Shown here one piece after another: positions 1 through 8,326 of a stretch of DNA of 64,000 nucleotides. The stretch lies in the IMG/VR virus record IMGVR_UViG_3300024518_002390, positions 7,066 through 71,065 of that record, one strand, 5' to 3'. Made by a program: the position numbers and the translations under genes. The notes below the pieces were generated by a model, which saw only the letters and a list, made by a program, of their open reading frames with translations, had not been told where the DNA came from and did not search any database. Position 1 is the stretch's first letter, and the number at the start of each line of letters is the position of its first letter. Origin of the DNA: a virus. Its lineage: Duplodnaviria; Caudoviricetes.

Positions 1-504
1 AAACTTTACAACATCGCCGCGTTTGAGATTTGCAAAGTGATCCGGGTCCATAGTACCGCTGTATCCGCTGCTCTCAAGCTTGTAGTCAACCACAAACGTA
101 AGCTGGCCTAGCGCAATAGAAAGGCTGGGGATGTTATCAACCAGCGCCTGCCGAAACTTCAAGGTGTCTTGCGTGCCTGCCGTTTCGATTGTGACGTTAT
201 AGCGAGCATCTAATAGCTTTGCGATAAAGCGTATTAGCGTCGGCCAGGCCTGCTCCAACGGCTCTCCCCCAGTTATAGTTACCTTGCGCACTTGCTTACC
301 GACAAGCTTCACAATCTCCAACAGTTGTTCCGGTTCGTAGGCCTCGCCTCCCTTGGCATTCCAACTATATTTGGTGTCGCACCACTTGCACCCTACAGTG
401 CAACCAGCAAAGCGAACGAACACGCTCCAGTGGCCAGGGCCCCATACGTTGGCCTCGCCGTCCACAGTTAAAAACACACTCAACACTCTCAACACTTTTG
501 TCAT
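1..504 (-). CDS. queE: 7-carboxy-7-deazaguanine synthase QueE (radical SAM), 3' end truncated by the window edge; not in the supplied ORF track
   Basis: Manual translation from ATG 504: MTKVLRVLSVFLTVDGEANVWGPGHWSVFVRFAGCTVGCKWCDTKYSW...VTITGGEPL...VTIETAG...FVVDYKLESSG. Shows the CxxxCxxC, DGE, FVRFAGC, GGEP and IET motifs of QueE. Confidence 0.9.
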   Translation of the reverse strand, partial: MTKVLRVLSVFLTVDGEANVWGPGHWSVFVRFAGCTVGCKWCDTKYSWNAKGGEAYEPEQLLEIVKLVGKQVRKVTITGGEPLEQAWPTLIRFIAKLLDARYNVTIETAGTQDTLKFRQALVDNIPSLSIALGQLTFVVDYKLESSGYSGTMDPDHFANLKRGDVVKF

Positions 505-689
505 TTCCTACCCTCGTAAATTAAGTGCCGCCCCGAAGCGAAAGGGACAAGGCCAAATCCGATGTGGCAAGCCTTGCCCCTCTCTATCCAGTGAGGGCGA
601 TCACTTGGAATTTAGTTCGGCAGGCTTCCACAGCCGTCCCCGTCGGGCACAACCTCCACCTGCCTAGGCGCTACTGTTTTCACGCCATA

Positions 690-1841
690 TTACTTCGGCC
701 GGACCTGCCTGGTTTGCTTACCAGTAGCAGTACGACCACTCGTCGTCTTCTTCTTTGCATTGGCTGTAGCCATCACATCGGTAATAGCATACAAGCCTCC
801 TGCGACGAACGCGGCGCGCACTTCCTTATCCTTGTGTTTGCTGAAGTGCGTAACCTGCGAGGCCAACCTAGCAGGGAGTCTGTCCGCTTTCTTGCGTCGC
901 TTATTAACTATACCGAGCAACTTGTTCAAGCGGTTTTGCAAGGCCAGCTTGCGCTTGTCGAACTTCGTCTTCAACGAGGCCTTGCCCAACTGCGCTGCGA
1001 TACGCTTTTGTGCAGTAGCGCCGCGCGTTGCTTCCTTCACCTTCTTGGCCTGCTTCTTCTTGCTGGTCTTTGCTTTCTTGGCGATAGCAAGACCAAGCCC
1101 TATCGACAGTTTACCAGACTTAATAGCCGCGGCCACGTCCGGGTGCGCCGATATAAGCGTCAGCCGATCCTTAACCAGTCGCAGCGATTTGCCTGTTGCC
1201 ACGCTAATAGCACGAGGCGTCCACCCGCCATTCACCAAACGTCGGAAGGCGTCGGCCTCCTCAACAGGTGCGAGCGGCTTGCCGTCGTTGCTTACCAACG
1301 CGAGGTTCAGCATCTCCTCAGTTGACAGCTTGCCGGATTCGATCCGTGCCGGGACCTTAGCAAGTGCAAGTTTGTTGGCAGCGATAAGGCGACGGTGGCC
1401 GTCGATGAGTTCGTAATGCTGGCCGACCTTGCGCACGGTAATCGGTTGCTTGACACCGTTACGTTTAATCGACTTCATCAACGCGGCCATATCTCCCATA
1501 TCTATGCGGGGATTGAAGCCGTCCTGCACGACAATGTTCTTCGGGTTCATCTCATACAGCTTACCCGTGTGCAGAATAGTAGGCCCGACGAGCTTGGCCT
1601 CCACTTTCTTGTTGGCGGCTACCTTGGCGCGAGCCTTTGCGGCTTTACTAGGCGCCTTCTTTGCTGCTACCTTCTTCTTGCTCGCCTTCTTCTTGCTCGC
1701 CTTCTTTGCGCCCTTCTTAAGATTGGCGGCTACCTTGGCCATACCTTCCTCATCATTGCGCGGGCCCTTTTTCGCGACCACTTTTTTCTTGCTGGTTTTC
1801 TTCTTGCTGGTTTTCTTCTTGCTGGTTTTCTTCGTTGTCAT
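690..1841 (-). CDS. parB: ParB/Spo0J-like protein with a Lys/Ala-rich histone-H1-like N-terminal tail
   Basis: FNPR..., GVKQPITVR, LIDGHRRLIAA (ParB N-terminal/CTPase motifs), followed by EEADAFRRL and an HTH. Start moved to ATG 1841 behind SD GGAG. Confidence 0.85.
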   Translation of the reverse strand: MTTKKTSKKKTSKKKTSKKKVVAKKGPRNDEEGMAKVAANLKKGAKKASKKKASKKKVAAKKAPSKAAKARAKVAANKKVEAKLVGPTILHTGKLYEMNPKNIVVQDGFNPRIDMGDMAALMKSIKRNGVKQPITVRKVGQHYELIDGHRRLIAANKLALAKVPARIESGKLSTEEMLNLALVSNDGKPLAPVEEADAFRRLVNGGWTPRAISVATGKSLRLVKDRLTLISAHPDVAAAIKSGKLSIGLGLAIAKKAKTSKKKQAKKVKEATRGATAQKRIAAQLGKASLKTKFDKRKLALQNRLNKLLGIVNKRRKKADRLPARLASQVTHFSKHKDKEVRAAFVAGGLYAITDVMATANAKKKTTSGRTATGKQTRQVRPK

Positions 1842-1875
1842 TTTGTTCTCCAAGTTATGACACCTCACCAAGCAA

Positions 1876-2136
1876 CTATACAGTCGCTTTTTTTGATTCG
1901 GCCTGCCGTGGGACAATCGGATGATGCCCCACCGTGCCGTCTACGTACTTGTCCGCCCCTTCGGGCGGGTCCTTGTCTTCGTAACAACGCACTGCAATAG
2001 AACGCCCTGCAAGTACAGACAGGGCCTCTGAGAAGCGCTTATGTATCCCGCGCCGAGCCATCCTCGGTGCAGGCGCCAAGCCGTTTTCGATCCGTCCCTT
2101 TGCAAACGGCAGATGTAGCAGTTCGCTATGCTCCAC
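1876..2136 (-). CDS. possible small hypothetical protein (86 aa)
   Basis: GTG at 2136 has GGAGG 6 nt upstream and an open frame to 1876. The region is also hairpin-rich, so coding status is uncertain. Confidence 0.35.
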   Translation of the reverse strand: MEHSELLHLPFAKGRIENGLAPAPRMARRGIHKRFSEALSVLAGRSIAVRCYEDKDPPEGADKYVDGTVGHHPIVPRQAESKKATV

Positions 2137-2320
2137 GCATGGCCTCCTCAGGATCCTCAGTATATTCCTGCTCGTCTGCTGGATCCCAATCACAAACAGA
2201 GCAGAGTCCTTTTTCGTGGTGGTTGCAACGTGAACAAACGTAATCGCCGCAGGCCGTGTCGAATAGTGCTGTGCCAGGGCACTGGTCGCGAACACAATCT
2301 TTACTCCCTGTTACAGTCAT
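2126..2320 (-). CDS. small Cys-rich (Zn-finger-like) hypothetical protein
   Basis: Several CxxC-type motifs; start overlaps the upstream stop codon. Confidence 0.6.
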   Translation of the reverse strand: MTVTGSKDCVRDQCPGTALFDTACGDYVCSRCNHHEKGLCSVCDWDPADEQEYTEDPEEAMRGA

Positions 2321-3024
2321 TCTACCGACTCCCAGGCCAGGTGTTGCAGTTCCTTCGGCTCGACAACTATTTCCTGCTCGCCACGTGCATTAATGTAACC
2401 GACAATATATTCCTTCAGCACATCGGCACTAGCAATCACAGCAAGGCCGTCCGAGGGGCGGTGGAGGCGTGTAGCAAACCACTCCGCCTTGTCCCTGTTC
2501 AACGTCCACGAATAGCCGAGGTAATGGCCATGCATTTCAATTTGCTGGGCGCCTCGGTAAACATGCAGCATCTCTGGCATCTTCTTCAATGCCGGCCGGT
2601 CCTCGCAAGGGGTGAACAATGTCCTGCGCTGACGCGGGGTGGTCAACATCTCCCACCACTGCATAGCATTTTGAAATATATTTTCGCTGTCACACCAAAC
2701 CTCGCGCAGCAAAGGCCAGTAATCCCGATCGCTCAGGTTCTCCTGCACTTCCTGGAAAGCCTCTACACGGTAAGGCCTTTCATGCAGGAACACAAACCTG
2801 CTCCATTCATGCGCGGCCAGTGCTTTGTCACACTGTTCCTTTTTCGTGACCAGCATTTTGTTAAGCCGGGTCACCTCGTCAGCATGCTCAAAAAACGGCA
2901 CGGCAAAGACTAGCGGGTGCCGTATCATCGGAAACTCGGCGTCTTCGCGGTACGCCAACAACTCTTTATCTAAGCCGGCCTCGGTGTTGTACTTCGCTGG
3001 TTTCTTTTTCTGTGTCGACATCAT
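2317..3024 (-). CDS. putative ADP-ribosyltransferase-fold protein (R-S-E clade)
   Basis: C-terminal half has VYRG, YSWT and GEQEIVV in the order and spacing of the R / S-x-S(T) / E-x-E catalytic motifs. Confidence 0.6.
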   Translation of the reverse strand: MMSTQKKKPAKYNTEAGLDKELLAYREDAEFPMIRHPLVFAVPFFEHADEVTRLNKMLVTKKEQCDKALAAHEWSRFVFLHERPYRVEAFQEVQENLSDRDYWPLLREVWCDSENIFQNAMQWWEMLTTPRQRRTLFTPCEDRPALKKMPEMLHVYRGAQQIEMHGHYLGYSWTLNRDKAEWFATRLHRPSDGLAVIASADVLKEYIVGYINARGEQEIVVEPKELQHLAWESVE

Positions 3025-3284
3025 GCACCTCCGCAGAAGTAAGTTGCGATTCGTTTTGCCATGGCTGTGCGATCCTCATGCGGTACGTTAGGAAACGTGT
3101 CGTAGGAGCGGTCGGCCGCGTAATCATAAACATTGTCCCGAAAGTCCTCGTCTGGTTCCCTGCTGTATAGCATATCCCCTTGGGAGGCGGCCTCCATCAA
3201 ATCGGGTATGCACCCCTCGATGCTGTTACGAAACTCGGCCTCCAATGTTTCCGTTATAACGTGTACCAATTGTCGTTCCATCAT
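3021..3284 (-). CDS. early hypothetical protein
   Basis: ATG directly behind the repeated TGAGGGCATTACT start motif; acidic 87-aa ORF. Confidence 0.65.
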   Translation of the reverse strand: MMERQLVHVITETLEAEFRNSIEGCIPDLMEAASQGDMLYSREPDEDFRDNVYDYAADRSYDTFPNVPHEDRTAMAKRIATYFCGGA

Positions 3285-3315
3285 AGTAATGCCCTCAGTA
3301 AAAACGATGCTACAA

Positions 3316-3366
3316 AATAAGCACCAGAGAGGCCGCCACAGGGACGGCCTCGAGTTGCTCACTCAA
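3316..3366 (-). repeat. 51-nt intergenic repeat with GC hairpin, copy 1
   Basis: 48/51 identical to 7233-7283; contains the stem GAGGCCG/CGGCCTC. Confidence 0.85.
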
Positions 3367-3716
3367 TGCCCGAGCGTACGGTAAGGTATGCGCCCAAGCG
3401 TATCGGCGTCAACGAACGGCGCCAGTTGCTTGTAAATACGCTGTAACGTACGGAGATGGTACAGTCCGAACGTCCCAGTGCATGCGCCACGGAAGAACTC
3501 CTGTATCTCCGCGGATGTCTGCAGGTAGACCTGCGTTTTGCGCTTGTCGCGTTGCAGTAGTTCCACCAAGTGCAGGCGGCCCGTGTCGTAGGGCTCCTCC
3601 CGTGTGCCGTCAGCTTTGATATGGTCCTCATAGCTGCCGTATTCGCATGCCTCCAACTCCGACTTAACTGCGGCACGGCCGAAGTTAACGACAACCCTAT
3701 CACCTACGTCAATCAT
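3363..3716 (-). CDS. early hypothetical protein
   Basis: 117-aa ORF tightly packed with its neighbours. Confidence 0.65.
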   Translation of the reverse strand: MIDVGDRVVVNFGRAAVKSELEACEYGSYEDHIKADGTREEPYDTGRLHLVELLQRDKRKTQVYLQTSAEIQEFFRGACTGTFGLYHLRTLQRIYKQLAPFVDADTLGRIPYRTLGH

Positions 3717-4207
3717 TATGATCCCTCCTTGCAGTTAAGTGGATCGGCGGATTCTGTTTCCCAGCCGAACATTGAGCCATTGAGCATGGCCATTACCTGC
3801 TCGGTTGTGATGCTTCTCTGCTTGTTAAACCGCTCTACATCAAAGTCGGAGGCCACGCCGGTGTATCCAGCCACCCCCCTATAAAGCAGGATTGCACGGT
3901 GGTATGTAAACTCGTACGCGGCGCAGACACGCGGAAGCCTGTCCCACCGATCTTCTTTTACGTCCCACTCCGCACCGTACTGACCATGCTCCTCTTCGAC
4001 ATACATGCTGCCGAGGATGGCTTTGCGGTGTGCCGGGTCGCGGATATCCTCAGCAACACTCCACACACCGTCCCGCTCATAGATGGCAGTGATCGGCGCT
4101 TCATCTGCCGCTGCCTTCTTTTGCTCGGCCGTGATGTAATAATTGAAGGAGCCCATGCGCCTTCCCCATGCTGCGATGCAAACGTACTCGTGTGGTTTGT
4201 ATTTCAT
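3716..4207 (-). CDS. early hypothetical protein with C-terminal ...AMLNGSMFGW...ADP motif
   Basis: Start at ATG 4207 overlapping the upstream stop; GSMFGW motif recalled from phage/plasmid hypothetical proteins. Confidence 0.7.
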   Translation of the reverse strand: MKYKPHEYVCIAAWGRRMGSFNYYITAEQKKAAADEAPITAIYERDGVWSVAEDIRDPAHRKAILGSMYVEEEHGQYGAEWDVKEDRWDRLPRVCAAYEFTYHRAILLYRGVAGYTGVASDFDVERFNKQRSITTEQVMAMLNGSMFGWETESADPLNCKEGS

Positions 4208-4449
4208 GCTGCCTCCTCGGCCTTCTTGGCCCATGCATCAAACTGCCGAATTGCCGCTTGCTCATCATTCCAAGGTCCTGAATGCCGTAACACGGTATAG
4301 CCCTGTCCAAACTCGTTGTCGATGTGGCCTACCGTGTAGACTTGGAAGTATGCATCAAACGCCTGCCGCTCTCTGCGGAATATAGTTGTAACCAGCCCCA
4401 GCTGGTCGCCAATCTGCCTAGCCCTAATTGTTGTTGGTCCGCTTGCCAT
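4204..4449 (-). CDS. early hypothetical protein
   Basis: ATG 4449 immediately after the upstream stop; 81 aa. Confidence 0.6.
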   Translation of the reverse strand: MASGPTTIRARQIGDQLGLVTTIFRRERQAFDAYFQVYTVGHIDNEFGQGYTVLRHSGPWNDEQAAIRQFDAWAKKAEEAA

Positions 4450-4450
4450 A

Positions 4451-4930
4451 TCAGTATACTCCATCTTCATCAAACCGCACTGCCGAAACAACATGCGAGT
4501 GGCCATCCTCGTAGGCCTCCATTGCGAGGTCCCGACTTTGCGGTCGGATTTCCTCGCGCTCTTCTTCCGTTACTGGGCGCAAGCTAAACGGCCCATCAGC
4601 ATAGCTGTTGATTTCGTCGTATAGCTTGTAATACGCGGCCAACGTGGCCTCGCACTTATGCATGTAACCGCTATATTGTACGCAGTCACAATCCCTGCCC
4701 GACTCGGTAACCCACATTTGGTTGGTGCCCGTAATGCGGCACTCCTCAATGCGAGCGACCTGTTCCCAACGTTCGGCAAGCATACTGTGGATGCCGTCCG
4801 CATTAAACGACGCGAAGCTATTCCTTATCCATAGCTTTACTGTGTCGCCGTTTTTGAAGGCCGCAAATTTCGTGCTAAGAAAATGCGGTACTAGGTCTTC
4901 CACTGTTGCTTTGTCAATTTTCATCGTCAT
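4451..4930 (-). CDS. early hypothetical protein
   Basis: ATG preceded by AGTGAGGGCATTACT; contains RDCDC. Confidence 0.7.
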   Translation of the reverse strand: MTMKIDKATVEDLVPHFLSTKFAAFKNGDTVKLWIRNSFASFNADGIHSMLAERWEQVARIEECRITGTNQMWVTESGRDCDCVQYSGYMHKCEATLAAYYKLYDEINSYADGPFSLRPVTEEEREEIRPQSRDLAMEAYEDGHSHVVSAVRFDEDGVY

Positions 4931-4943
4931 AGTAATGCCCTCA

Positions 4944-5348
4944 CTAAATAATGGCCGACTCGTTAAAGTCGGAATAAACTACAGAACCGCACTGCCGACA
5001 GGCGGCGATGGTCTCGCCGGGGAAACCGCTCTTCTCTACTACGTCGTCAAATGCGCCACACTTGTCACACGAATACCGCACACGACCATATGCCTTGTGC
5101 GCGGCGGCTGGACTACAGCCTGCAAACTCCTCAAACTTTTCGCAAAGCAATTGCCACTCGTTATCCTTATTGGGAAACGCAATGGCTACCGCATACGAAA
5201 ACCTCTCGCCGTTTACATCAACCCAACTGCTAAGGCCGCTGTGTAGTGTTACCTCATCCCCGTTCGATCGTGTCACTTTTATTTCTTCCCAACCGTACGG
5301 GTCGTGCCTCGGGCCCTCAGACCCTGTTTCAATTTCAATGCTTGTCAT
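4944..5348 (-). CDS. early hypothetical protein with C-terminal Zn ribbon
   Basis: CDKC...CRQC; start motif AGTGAGGGCATTACT. Confidence 0.7.
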   Translation of the reverse strand: MTSIEIETGSEGPRHDPYGWEEIKVTRSNGDEVTLHSGLSSWVDVNGERFSYAVAIAFPNKDNEWQLLCEKFEEFAGCSPAAAHKAYGRVRYSCDKCGAFDDVVEKSGFPGETIAACRQCGSVVYSDFNESAII

Positions 5349-5358
5349 AGTAATGCCC

Positions 5359-5661
5359 TCACTTCAAAATTTTGTGATGTTTCAGTATGCCTCGCACACC
5401 GCTTGATTTATCGACCTGTATAACAGGATACCGTTTCACCTGCTGAGGAAAGCGGCGGCCTTCTGCAATAACAACTTCGCTACAATAGGCCCACCACTCA
5501 AAGCCAATGTTCTGTCCGCGGGGTTTATACGCAATACGACGACGGCGGCCTCGTGAAAGCGAGACATTAAACATGCGACCATCTTCCAACGTCACATAAC
5601 GCTGCCAACCTCCCGACACAAAATCATTTGCTTCGCTCTTTTCTCCATATATGATTTTCAT
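5359..5661 (-). CDS. early hypothetical protein
   Basis: 100-aa ORF overlapping the ardC stop. Confidence 0.65.
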   Translation of the reverse strand: MKIIYGEKSEANDFVSGGWQRYVTLEDGRMFNVSLSRGRRRRIAYKPRGQNIGFEWWAYCSEVVIAEGRRFPQQVKRYPVIQVDKSSGVRGILKHHKILK

Positions 5662-6572
5662 GCCACCTCCTTTTCCTGCTTACGTGCCGTCTCCGGCAAC
5701 AGGTGGTTAAGTGCAGCCTCGGAAAGTTTCGCAGCTTTGAAAATATACTGCTCATCTTCCTCAAGCTTTTTAATCCAGCTTTTAATGTAGCTGGCATGTT
5801 GCGGTTGCTCACTGCTCACGCCGCGCTTGTGGCACAGCATTGCCGAGCCTAGCTCTGCAACCAGTTCCTCGAACGCATAGTCCTTGCTGCCGAACGTTCC
5901 TTTCATATCCCGGCCGCACCGATCTTTGTGACCAGTCCAATGCACGGTCTCGTGGTATGCAGTAGCAGCGAAACCCTCCGCCTCCTTAAACGACTCCGGC
6001 TTCGGCAGCTCTACAACATCCTTCGTCAAGCTGTAAAATGCTCGGCCGCCATTGTAGCGTACCTTCACACCCACATCCTTCATAAACGCTTTGGTCTCGC
6101 GGATGATCTTGCTATCCGGCTTGGCCTTAGCTAACTTGGGATCAGGCAGCTCGCGCTTGGGAAGTTTGACACCTTCCGTTTGCGCAATGTTAAACACCGG
6201 CGTTTGGCGCAGGAAGAAAATCTTCACTTTCTTCTCCGGGTCGGTCCGATCCTTAACGATAAGCGGCTTGGCAAATACAACGTAGGAGGCGCGTTGCTTC
6301 TCGCCATCCTCAAGCTTGCGCAAGCGGCCGCCTGCTTTGCGCATTTGGTTAAACGTCAACCACTGCGCGGTCGGGTACTCCTTGTTTGACTGTATCGCCA
6401 ACAGCACAGGAAAGTTCACGCCTGTGTAGTTATGCCCGGTGATACAATTGTGTGGCCACATATCCCCGCCCTCGGGAGTCCAAGGCCGCTGCCAAGGGCT
6501 TGTACCCTTGCGCAGTGCCTCGAGGATTGTGGATGTAACTTCCTTCCGTATTTCTTTGTTAGACTTTTTCAT
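5658..6572 (-). CDS. ardC: ArdC-like antirestriction protein (ssDNA-binding DUF1738 domain plus zincin-like domain)
   Basis: PWQRPW, NxxTGxxYxGxN, WLTFNQ, VFNIAQTEG, HETVHWTGH, YAFEELVAELGS, HASYIKSW. Start at ATG 6572 behind the repeated motif. Confidence 0.88.
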   Translation of the reverse strand: MKKSNKEIRKEVTSTILEALRKGTSPWQRPWTPEGGDMWPHNCITGHNYTGVNFPVLLAIQSNKEYPTAQWLTFNQMRKAGGRLRKLEDGEKQRASYVVFAKPLIVKDRTDPEKKVKIFFLRQTPVFNIAQTEGVKLPKRELPDPKLAKAKPDSKIIRETKAFMKDVGVKVRYNGGRAFYSLTKDVVELPKPESFKEAEGFAATAYHETVHWTGHKDRCGRDMKGTFGSKDYAFEELVAELGSAMLCHKRGVSSEQPQHASYIKSWIKKLEEDEQYIFKAAKLSEAALNHLLPETARKQEKEVA

Positions 6573-6582
6573 AGTAATGCCC

Positions 6583-6939
6583 TCACTTAACAAAGCGGCA
6601 GCCGCTATGGTGCAAACGGCGAGCGCCTATAAATTGTTTGTACGAGTCGGGATATTGGTGCGCCGTGAGGCCGCCACGTTTCCCAACAAGTACAAACCAC
6701 CATTGATCACACAGTGCAGACAGCAACGTATTCGGGCTCGCTACATGCTCAGTCCTTATGCGGACCCAAAACTCACCGCGATACGCTGCCTCAGTTACCT
6801 CAACCTGCGTGATCGATTCCTCACCAATGCCACTGCACCCCTCCGCAATGTAATCGCACAGGCGCTCGATGCTCCTGCGCTGCGAAGGTGAGAGTGGGAT
6901 GAGCTCAAAGTTGAACAGCCAGTTGCTTTCGTTAGCCAC
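6583..6939 (-). CDS. early hypothetical protein
   Basis: 118-aa ORF with VLVGKRGG motif; overlaps its neighbours. Confidence 0.6.
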   Translation of the reverse strand: MANESNWLFNFELIPLSPSQRRSIERLCDYIAEGCSGIGEESITQVEVTEAAYRGEFWVRIRTEHVASPNTLLSALCDQWWFVLVGKRGGLTAHQYPDSYKQFIGARRLHHSGCRFVK

Positions 6940-7189
6940 GTGCCTTCTCCACTGTTACACCGAACGCCTCGTCCTCGGATGTTGCAGTGCGGCCCGAGAA
7001 TACAGTGCAAGACCAGTCGTGCCGTGTTAGAAAGTTGGCCTCCACTGTGAAAGACTTTTCTGCCAGTGCAAGCTCTTCCAATGCAATGGCTAACGTCTGC
7101 ATGGCAATTGCCATGGCCTTCTCTCTGTTCGGCTTGGTTATTTGCCGCTGTATCTGTCCGTGCTTGTAAAACGTTACTTGGGTTTTCAT
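6932..7189 (-). CDS. early hypothetical protein
   Basis: Strong SD (GAGGAG/AAGGA) before the ATG. Confidence 0.65.
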   Translation of the reverse strand: MKTQVTFYKHGQIQRQITKPNREKAMAIAMQTLAIALEELALAEKSFTVEANFLTRHDWSCTVFSGRTATSEDEAFGVTVEKARG

Positions 7190-7232
7190 TTTCCTTCTCC
7201 TCTGTGAGTCGCCCTCACTTTGTAATGCTTGG

Positions 7233-7283
7233 AATAAGCATCAAAGAGGCCGCCGCAGGGACGGCCTCGAGTTGCTCACTCAA
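7233..7283 (-). repeat. 51-nt intergenic repeat with GC hairpin, copy 2
   Basis: 48/51 identical to 3316-3366. Confidence 0.85.
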
Positions 7284-7521
7284 CGTCTACCACTTCGACT
7301 GCCACTGTGCCGAGCGCGATCCCGCCGCTAAGGCCGAGCATGTCTGCGACACTGTTGCCAGTTCCTTCCACCGCTTCTTCCTCAGTCTCATAGAAACTGT
7401 CGCGGAAACCATCGCTGTCGAGTACTTCGATGCTGCCGAGCGGCTGGCCAACCTTCTCACATACTTCGGCCGAGGCGCGCTGCATGCGATACGATACTGT
7501 GATATTGATTTGCTTTGCCAT
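7276..7521 (-). CDS. early hypothetical protein
   Basis: ATG 7521 with GAGGAG SD. Confidence 0.65.
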   Translation of the reverse strand: MAKQINITVSYRMQRASAEVCEKVGQPLGSIEVLDSDGFRDSFYETEEEAVEGTGNSVADMLGLSGGIALGTVAVEVVDVE

Positions 7522-7538
7522 GGTCCTACTCCTCACTG

Positions 7539-7991
7539 TTAGTCGAGTAAATTGTCAATGTTGGTTTGGATGTCTTCGATGGCCGTGCCTAAGTAATTGC
7601 CAGCCTCGCCTCGCTGCATTTCTACGTCGCCCGGGTAATCCTCTTGCACCATTGCAACGACCTGCTCGGCCATCGCGTCTACCGCTTTGTTGTACGTTTC
7701 TTCGTTGTACACAGTCTCGCCGCGTACTTCGGCAAGCGCTTCCTTGTACTTCTCCTGCAAGCTTTCGCTCCAGTCCCTGCCGAGTGTAAAGGAAGGATAC
7801 TGTCCGACTGTGCGATGGCGGCCGTCCTTGCATACATGCATCAAGCGCTCGTAGCAACCGTCGCCGACTGTTGTCATCAAGCGCTCCTTGCCGCCCACTT
7901 CGTAAAAATGATAATCGCGTGCAAAGCGATCCGTGTATTCCAAAGTACGTAGGCCGCCGTCGGCCAAGTAAATAAGTTTATAAGTTTTCAT
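7539..7991 (-). CDS. early hypothetical protein
   Basis: ATG preceded by the variant motif AGTGAGGGCATCAC. Confidence 0.7.
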   Translation of the reverse strand: MKTYKLIYLADGGLRTLEYTDRFARDYHFYEVGGKERLMTTVGDGCYERLMHVCKDGRHRTVGQYPSFTLGRDWSESLQEKYKEALAEVRGETVYNEETYNKAVDAMAEQVVAMVQEDYPGDVEMQRGEAGNYLGTAIEDIQTNIDNLLD

Positions 7992-8019
7992 GTGATGCCC
8001 TCACTTGTGTTGGTTGTGG

Positions 8020-8298
8020 TTAGTACTCTAAGTAGCCGTCGAGCCACTCAGCTTGTGCCGATGTTAAGAAATCAAAAAAGTGGTCGCGCGATGCAGTGTC
8101 CAGGCCGTCGTAAAAGTCGATAGCCTTTTCGGGATCGTGCTGGTCGCACATTGCTGCAAGCTTTTTGTAATCCTGCGCGTCGTCCACATACATATCTTCT
8201 TCTTCGCCGTACGTTTCCTCGTCGGCCGAATAGTCGATAAGCTCTTTTGCTACTAAACGGAATAGCCGTGCTGCTCGTTTGTCATTTCTAATACTCAT
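8020..8298 (-). CDS. acidic early hypothetical protein (first gene after the non-coding stretch)
   Basis: GGAGTACGAC-ATG start; D/E-rich 92 aa. Confidence 0.7.
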   Translation of the reverse strand: MSIRNDKRAARLFRLVAKELIDYSADEETYGEEEDMYVDDAQDYKKLAAMCDQHDPEKAIDFYDGLDTASRDHFFDFLTSAQAEWLDGYLEY

Positions 8299-8326
8299 GT
8301 CGTACTCCAGTTGTGGTTAAAAGTTT

